Shown in pieces: positions 58,583 through 64,000 of a stretch of DNA of 64,000 nt (the stretch's first letter is position 1; each line of letters starts with the position of its first letter). The position numbers and the translations under genes are program-made. Source of the DNA: Octopus sinensis (lineage: Eukaryota). The stretch is from contig NW_021830461.1 of the NCBI RefSeq assembly GCF_006345805.1, forward strand, positions 263 to 64,262. The letters are read 5' to 3'. The notes beneath the pieces were generated by a model. The model was not told the DNA's origin and ran no database searches. It saw nothing but the letters and a program-made list of their open reading frames with translations.

Positions 58583-59187
58583 CTTAGCTCATAGACATCT
58601 ATAAAATATATTTTGCATAATTTTACTATATGTGTAAGGTACTAGACAATAAATTTTTTTTATTTATTGACGAATTCGTTATATGAATTGGAAAAAAGAT
58701 TATAAAAATTTCCACTTATTGATTTTAATTTTCAAACTCAAATAATATTGAGCAAGCTGGTGTCTATTTCTGGATAAATGAAATTACAAAATAAATGGTA
58801 TTGGAATTTCTTGATCTTAACCTCAGATCAGAATGAATTTTCATCAGTTTTCAAAAATGGTAATTTATTCCAAATATCTAATTTTCCCATTAGATAGATT
58901 GAACTAATAGATTTTAATAACGTTATTTCAAAATAAATCAATCAAGAAACTTTTAAAATGCATCTTTACCAAAATATAAATCAGGAAACAAATCCTCACT
59001 GAATGTTTTATGATAGCTTAGCAGTGTGAAGAGATACGAAGTGGTATATTTGAGAGTAATCGAAAAGGCAGAATATTGGTAATCAATAATTCCACACCTA
59101 AATTATCTTATTCAAAATATTGTTTTAATTATGATGCATCGTAATACGTTAAACTAGATAATTCATAAAAATGAAATCATAAAGAAA

Positions 59188-60248
59188 TTAATCACTATTA
59201 AAAAACTCCGTTCTGAAATTCTCACAAAAACTACAAAGATTTGAATACTTCTTTGATGCGTTATCCGTAAAAGTAATTAAAGAATCGATAGTCATGAAAG
59301 CATAAATATGGCCATAGGCAATCGCATCCAATTCACACGGAATTCTAAAACAGTAAAGTCCATATAAAACACGTTTTTGACAAAAAATATCTATTTTCCC
59401 CCAATAGTCGGGATAAATAGTCAAACGAATTTAATACACAATCAAAAACCTAAATCAATAAAAAACAATAAAAACTTCTTTTTTAGTTTTTGGAGTTACT
59501 TTTGAGGAAAAATAACGATACCTATTTTTCTGGCATTGAATCCACGGAATAATTAAATTTAGTGGAAAAGGATAACACGAAGCAATACGGGGACGAGTTA
59601 CCTTTAATAAAAATTCAAGTAAATATGAAATGCCCTCACTTTTGAGGTAGCATCCCATTATTAGAAAATATAATTAAATTAAACAACCTTTTTATAAATA
59701 TTATCATCACACCACGTTATATATGTCTATATTTTTAAAGAAAATAATAAACTTCACAGTCAGCCAAATCTCCAATGATAATGTACATAATTGTAGAGGC
59801 CAAATCACGTTTTTGTATTCCGAATGATAGGGTAGGAGAAAGTCCCTGAATTTTTTATTATGAATATCACTTTGATCTCAATGAATTTAAATACAGATTC
59901 AATTCCAGATAGAAGAAGAGGGCCGACCTTAATAAAAGGAATCTCCCCTAATATGTTACATTTTGTTAGATTTTTAACCGTTTGGAGAAATTTCTTCTGC
60001 ATTTTTATAATATTCTACATTATATGGTATTTTGATAATCTTAAAAAGTGCTTGCATTGCTTGACAGTTTGCATACTGATCGGGTAATATCTGAGAACCT
60101 GTTTTAAGTTTATTGAAAAAAAGTTTAATACTTTCATTAACCTGATATAACGTAATTGTCTCCGGCAGGGGTAATGATTCTACGGAGAAATTAAAAACAT
60201 TTTCGAACTGTATTTAAGGAAATTGGTTAAGTTGCACACTAGACTCAT
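59188..60248 (-). CDS. MTX2: Metaxin-2, copy 2 (reading frame intact)
   Basis: Same exons as copy 1; the A6 run near 59480 keeps KTKKE|VFDC in frame. Confidence 0.92.
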
Positions 60249-60304
60249 TAATAGTAATAGGGAATTTAATGATTGATTCGAAAAGTTTTTTAATTTTAAA
60301 ATAT

Positions 60305-61045
60305 AAACTTTATCAACAGAAATTTTGAACGGATCGCTTTGGAACGGGAATGTTTCCCCCAGAAGTGAGGCATTATATTGCCTATTGCAGGATTGAGAAT
60401 CTGTTTTTTTAACCAAGGGAGCTTTGTTTAACTATTTTATAAGAAGCAAAAAAACCGTTGATCATTTGGCAACCCAATGTGGGAAAATGCTCAACAGTAA
60501 TTACGTCAGAAAACATAACGAAGTCGTGAAATGTATTCACTTGTATGTCTGTAGGAAGTATAGAATCCGCAAAGTTAAAAAATTTAAAGAATATTCACTT
60601 CAGTCAATCATATTCACATAAAATGTTGAAATATGTGAAGATTCTTTAATAATTACAGACACAAAAATTTAATGTAACAAGACTGATATATTCATGTACG
60701 ACAAAATAAAAAAACGAAATTACTATCATCGAAGTGGGACGTCCCCTCTCGAAGTAGGACAGGACCTGCCTGAAGCAGGCCGAAGTTGAGAAATGCCATA
60801 AATGCAATCCTTTGGGCATGGATTTATCCAGCCTCTACGACGCTCAAATCAAAATAATTTTACTGGATATGACATGTGACGGTGTCGTTTTTAAGTTTTT
60901 CAAGAATTACATTGAAAAGTTGGCAATTGAAGACGTTTCTGTGTTTCAGCAAACACTTCTTTAGAATTTACAATTTATCCAAAACCAAGCATGTGTTTCT
61001 TAAATCTATGCGAGGAATTTAACACACTTTAGAGACATGGAATAC
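60305..61045 (+). mobile_element. R4/Dong-type remnant, duplicate of 2030-2770
   Basis: Part of the segmental duplication. Confidence 0.75.
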
Positions 61046-61404
61046 TAAAAAAATCCCTTTAAACAAAAAATTCGAATTTGATTTAAATCTGTTTGATAAA
61101 ACTTAGTGTACTACAAGGAAATAAATAGAAATAAATAGAAAAATGAATGTATACAACAGTAAATACGAATTTATCTGCGGAGATAAAGTATACCTAAAAA
61201 AATTACGGATACTCAAGTTAAAAAAGATTATGGAACAAAACTTTCGTCACGGCTAAATAAATTAGAGTCTCCATTCTATTCAGGGGTCAAAACAATTAAC
61301 ATTTTGTCAAACAATCAAGTCGAGATTAAGAACCATTTTTATTTAATAGATAAAATATGCTAAAGAAGGTGTATAAAGGATTCCGACTTTTCTTTTCCAA
61401 AGGG

Positions 61405-61715
61405 GAAAATGTCTGCTCTTGGACGTCAAGGGTATAAACTCGTTTTTGGCTAGAACATAGTAGCATCAATCGAAAGCCCTGGAGCCCCAACAGAACGGGC
61501 CGAAAAGATGAAACATGCGAAACATGATGATGTCAGGAATTGCAGAGTGTTTGGCCTCCTGACGCCTAAAATACGAGGACCTTCCGCTCGGAGCCTGCTC
61601 TGACATATCGGGTTACTTCTGGATAAGGTTACTGACGATCAATCCGAGAACTGGTATCTCCCAACAAGATTTCCTGCTTTAGTCAAAAATAATGCCCTGT
61701 CTGTCCGACAATAAC
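61405..61715 (+). mobile_element. CRE remnant, duplicate of 3130-3440
   Basis: Part of the segmental duplication. Confidence 0.5.
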
Positions 61716-61789
61716 CATTTTTTTTCTTTTAAACAATTTTTTTCTAATAAACATATTCTAATCAAAAAAATAAAACTAAAAGAATAAAA

Positions 61790-63369
61790 TCAGGTATTTT
61801 TATTGATAAAACTTTCCAATATATTTATTGTATTTTTCACATTCTTAGCTTTTGCCTTTATTGCTGCTTTGTGACGTTTAGTCTTGTTATGTAGATTCCA
61901 GGTTTTCTCATCAACATAAAACGTCATTTCACAGATTTTACAAGTTCGCATGGATACGCCCCTCGATCTTTGCTCGACTTCAGTAATAAAATTAATCTTC
62001 TCTTTGGGAAATTGGCATTCACGTTTCTGAATTATAATCACCAGAGACAATACAGCCAAATAGTCCGCAACAATGGTAATTGCCATTGGAATTACGTCTG
62101 TCGACAGATCCTTGGATCCTGTGGCATCTAATTTATATACACAATAGCATTCAGGTCTACTACACCCCTCATAGGTCTCTGAAATAATACAAATAGTCAT
62201 TAATTTTTACGAGTTAAAAAACGTTTTCTTATCCAGCCAAGTTGTTGTCTGGCATAGCGCTTAGTTGAATTTTTCAACCTTTCAACGCCTGAAAATAGTT
62301 TTAAAAAAAATAACTTTTTTCAAGTAATTTTTTTCCTTCTATCGAGTCTTCGCACACATTTTCGTTAAGCATCAAATATTCGTGAAACTCCTTAAAGCCT
62401 ATAGACTGGAAAATTCCCCGTTGATAGTCATAATGTCTATAAATATTATTCATATACAACAACCCTTTCTGGGTTTTACGATTTTCACTATAACGATGAT
62501 GAAAATCGACAAGTTCATCAACCAGACCATTTTCCAGCATTTTATCAACTCTTTCATCAATTAACTTATCAAGCTCTGAAAATAAATATTTAAAAAATCC
62601 AGACCTTTCAAATCCCGATAAACAAAAACGATACAAAAATCATCAATTCGGAGTCTATATTTTGTCCCTTGTCTTTGTGCAGAGTATAGTTCAGTGATAG
62701 ACTTGCCAGTTCGTTTATAAACTTCAATCGCTCTAAAAAATGTTAAAAAAAAACTTTTTTATTTTCCGAGAATCGTTTGGATGAAATTTGGAGGCATGAA
62801 CAGAATCAATTTCCATTAACAATTTGTGGTTGTCCTCGTTCTCTTGGTCCATCACAATATCTTTAAAATAATTTAGAAAAATCACCATTTGAATTATAAT
62901 TGTGAGAAAAACTAATAAATTTTAGTAAATTATTTTTACTACTTAACTTCCAAAAGTGATTCCCAAAGAATCGATTCCAAATAATAATTTGTACCTCCCT
63001 CGATGATTGGAAGTCCACTGCCATTTTTGTATAGATTTTCAATGTAAAATAGTTAAGTGAAAATGCATGAAAATATTAAATGATAATAAAGGATATAATT
63101 TGTAATGCAGAATCACTGTACATCTTGACATTATAATTTTCATATAAAGGGTCCAAAAAGTCAATTAAATGATGAGGACACGCGTTTAACTCAGAAGGAG
63201 TGGGTTTATTGGTAATAATATTTAATCCTTTGTACATCTGCATAGCATCAGCATTTATAATGCTTCCATTAAATTTTTTGGCCAATGCAAATGCTATTTG
63301 TGATTTTCCAGAACCAGTTGGGCCAAGTACAGCTACAAGTGGACGCAATCGGCCACCACTAGTCTTCAT
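61790..63369 (-). CDS. TRIT1: tRNA dimethylallyltransferase, copy 2 (U12 AT-AC intron at 63044-63096)
   Basis: Same translation as copy 1. Confidence 0.95.
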
Positions 63370-63564
63370 ATGGTTTTTAATTTTTTAATTAAATATAAAT
63401 TAATAAAAAACATTTAATTAAAAAAATATTTAGGAATATATTTTTCTATTTTATTGAGATTGTTTACATCCCATAAACTGGCTTATGTGCTAGCCGTCGT
63501 GTAATTTAAAAATTGATAAAACCAAATAGTCTATTTCGAAATGAAAATTAGGTACTAAGGGAGT

Positions 63565-64000
63565 GAAAAAGGATACCCTAATATTCTTCCCAAAGAAGTA
63601 GTAAGATAATGTTTAGAGAAATTGCTGCCACTGAGCTAGGTTTAATTCCTATTTCAAATACTTCTGTGAGCAGACTGATCAAGGATATGTTTGATGACAT
63701 CGAAACCCTTTTGGTTCGGCGAATAAAAAAATCTGAATTTTTTCCATTTCAAGTAGATAAAAGCTCAGATATTACAAGAATGCAATTTTCTGTTTTATTT
63801 CGTTATATGGACGATGAATCCATTATTGAAGATTTTTTTCCTCAAAGAGTCGTCGAAACAACAAAGGGATATGACATTTTCAATCTTATAAATTCATATT
63901 TCGAACATTTAAAGTTGGATTGGAATGAATGCATGGGTATCTGCACTGATGGTGTTCTATCAGGGACGGGGGATGATAGAGACTTTGTTTCTGTTGCGAA
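63565..64000 (+). mobile_element. hAT remnant, duplicate of 5290-5725
   Basis: Part of the segmental duplication, with a few substitutions. Confidence 0.8.

Larger units (their letters stand above)
58881..64000. repeat. Segmental direct repeat, copy 2 (runs off the window end)
   Basis: Near-identical to 609-5725. Confidence 0.97.

Overview
Very AT-rich eukaryotic nuclear DNA from an animal: it carries an ETS-domain factor, a Src-type kinase remnant and axonemal dynein. Its genes are cut by extremely small spliceosomal introns, mostly 23-34 nt. This best fits a genome-reduced ciliated invertebrate such as a dicyemid mesozoan (inference, not verified). After removing introns by hand I recover MTX2 (x2), TRIT1 (x2), a Tweety-like 5-TM gene, a 3' fragment of LRRC6/DNAAF11, a 5'-truncated DNAH5/8-type dynein heavy chain with 47 introns, YTHDC1-like, a REXO4/ISG20-like exonuclease-fold gene that appears to lack its catalytic residues, SPTLC1, an ETS factor, SNRPD1, BRI3-like, MMAA and two orphan genes. 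A large part of the window is transposon debris: CRE-clade, R4/Dong-type and RTE/L2-type LINEs, plus hAT-Buster, Merlin, pogo and Tc1 elements. Main observations: (1) a U12-type AT-AC intron in TRIT1; (2) a Buster transposase that carries host-style 30-31 nt introns; (3) a head-to-head junction of two 5'-truncated ciliary genes at about 19,156; (4) a >=5.1 kb near-identical direct duplication 58.27 kb apart; (5) a tRNA-Asp-like Pol III unit lacking its anticodon loop; (6) template-switch scars in hAT and Merlin elements. Many single-base homopolymer deletions suggest long-read consensus errors, so frameshift-based claims need read-level checking. All gene models and alignments were done by eye.
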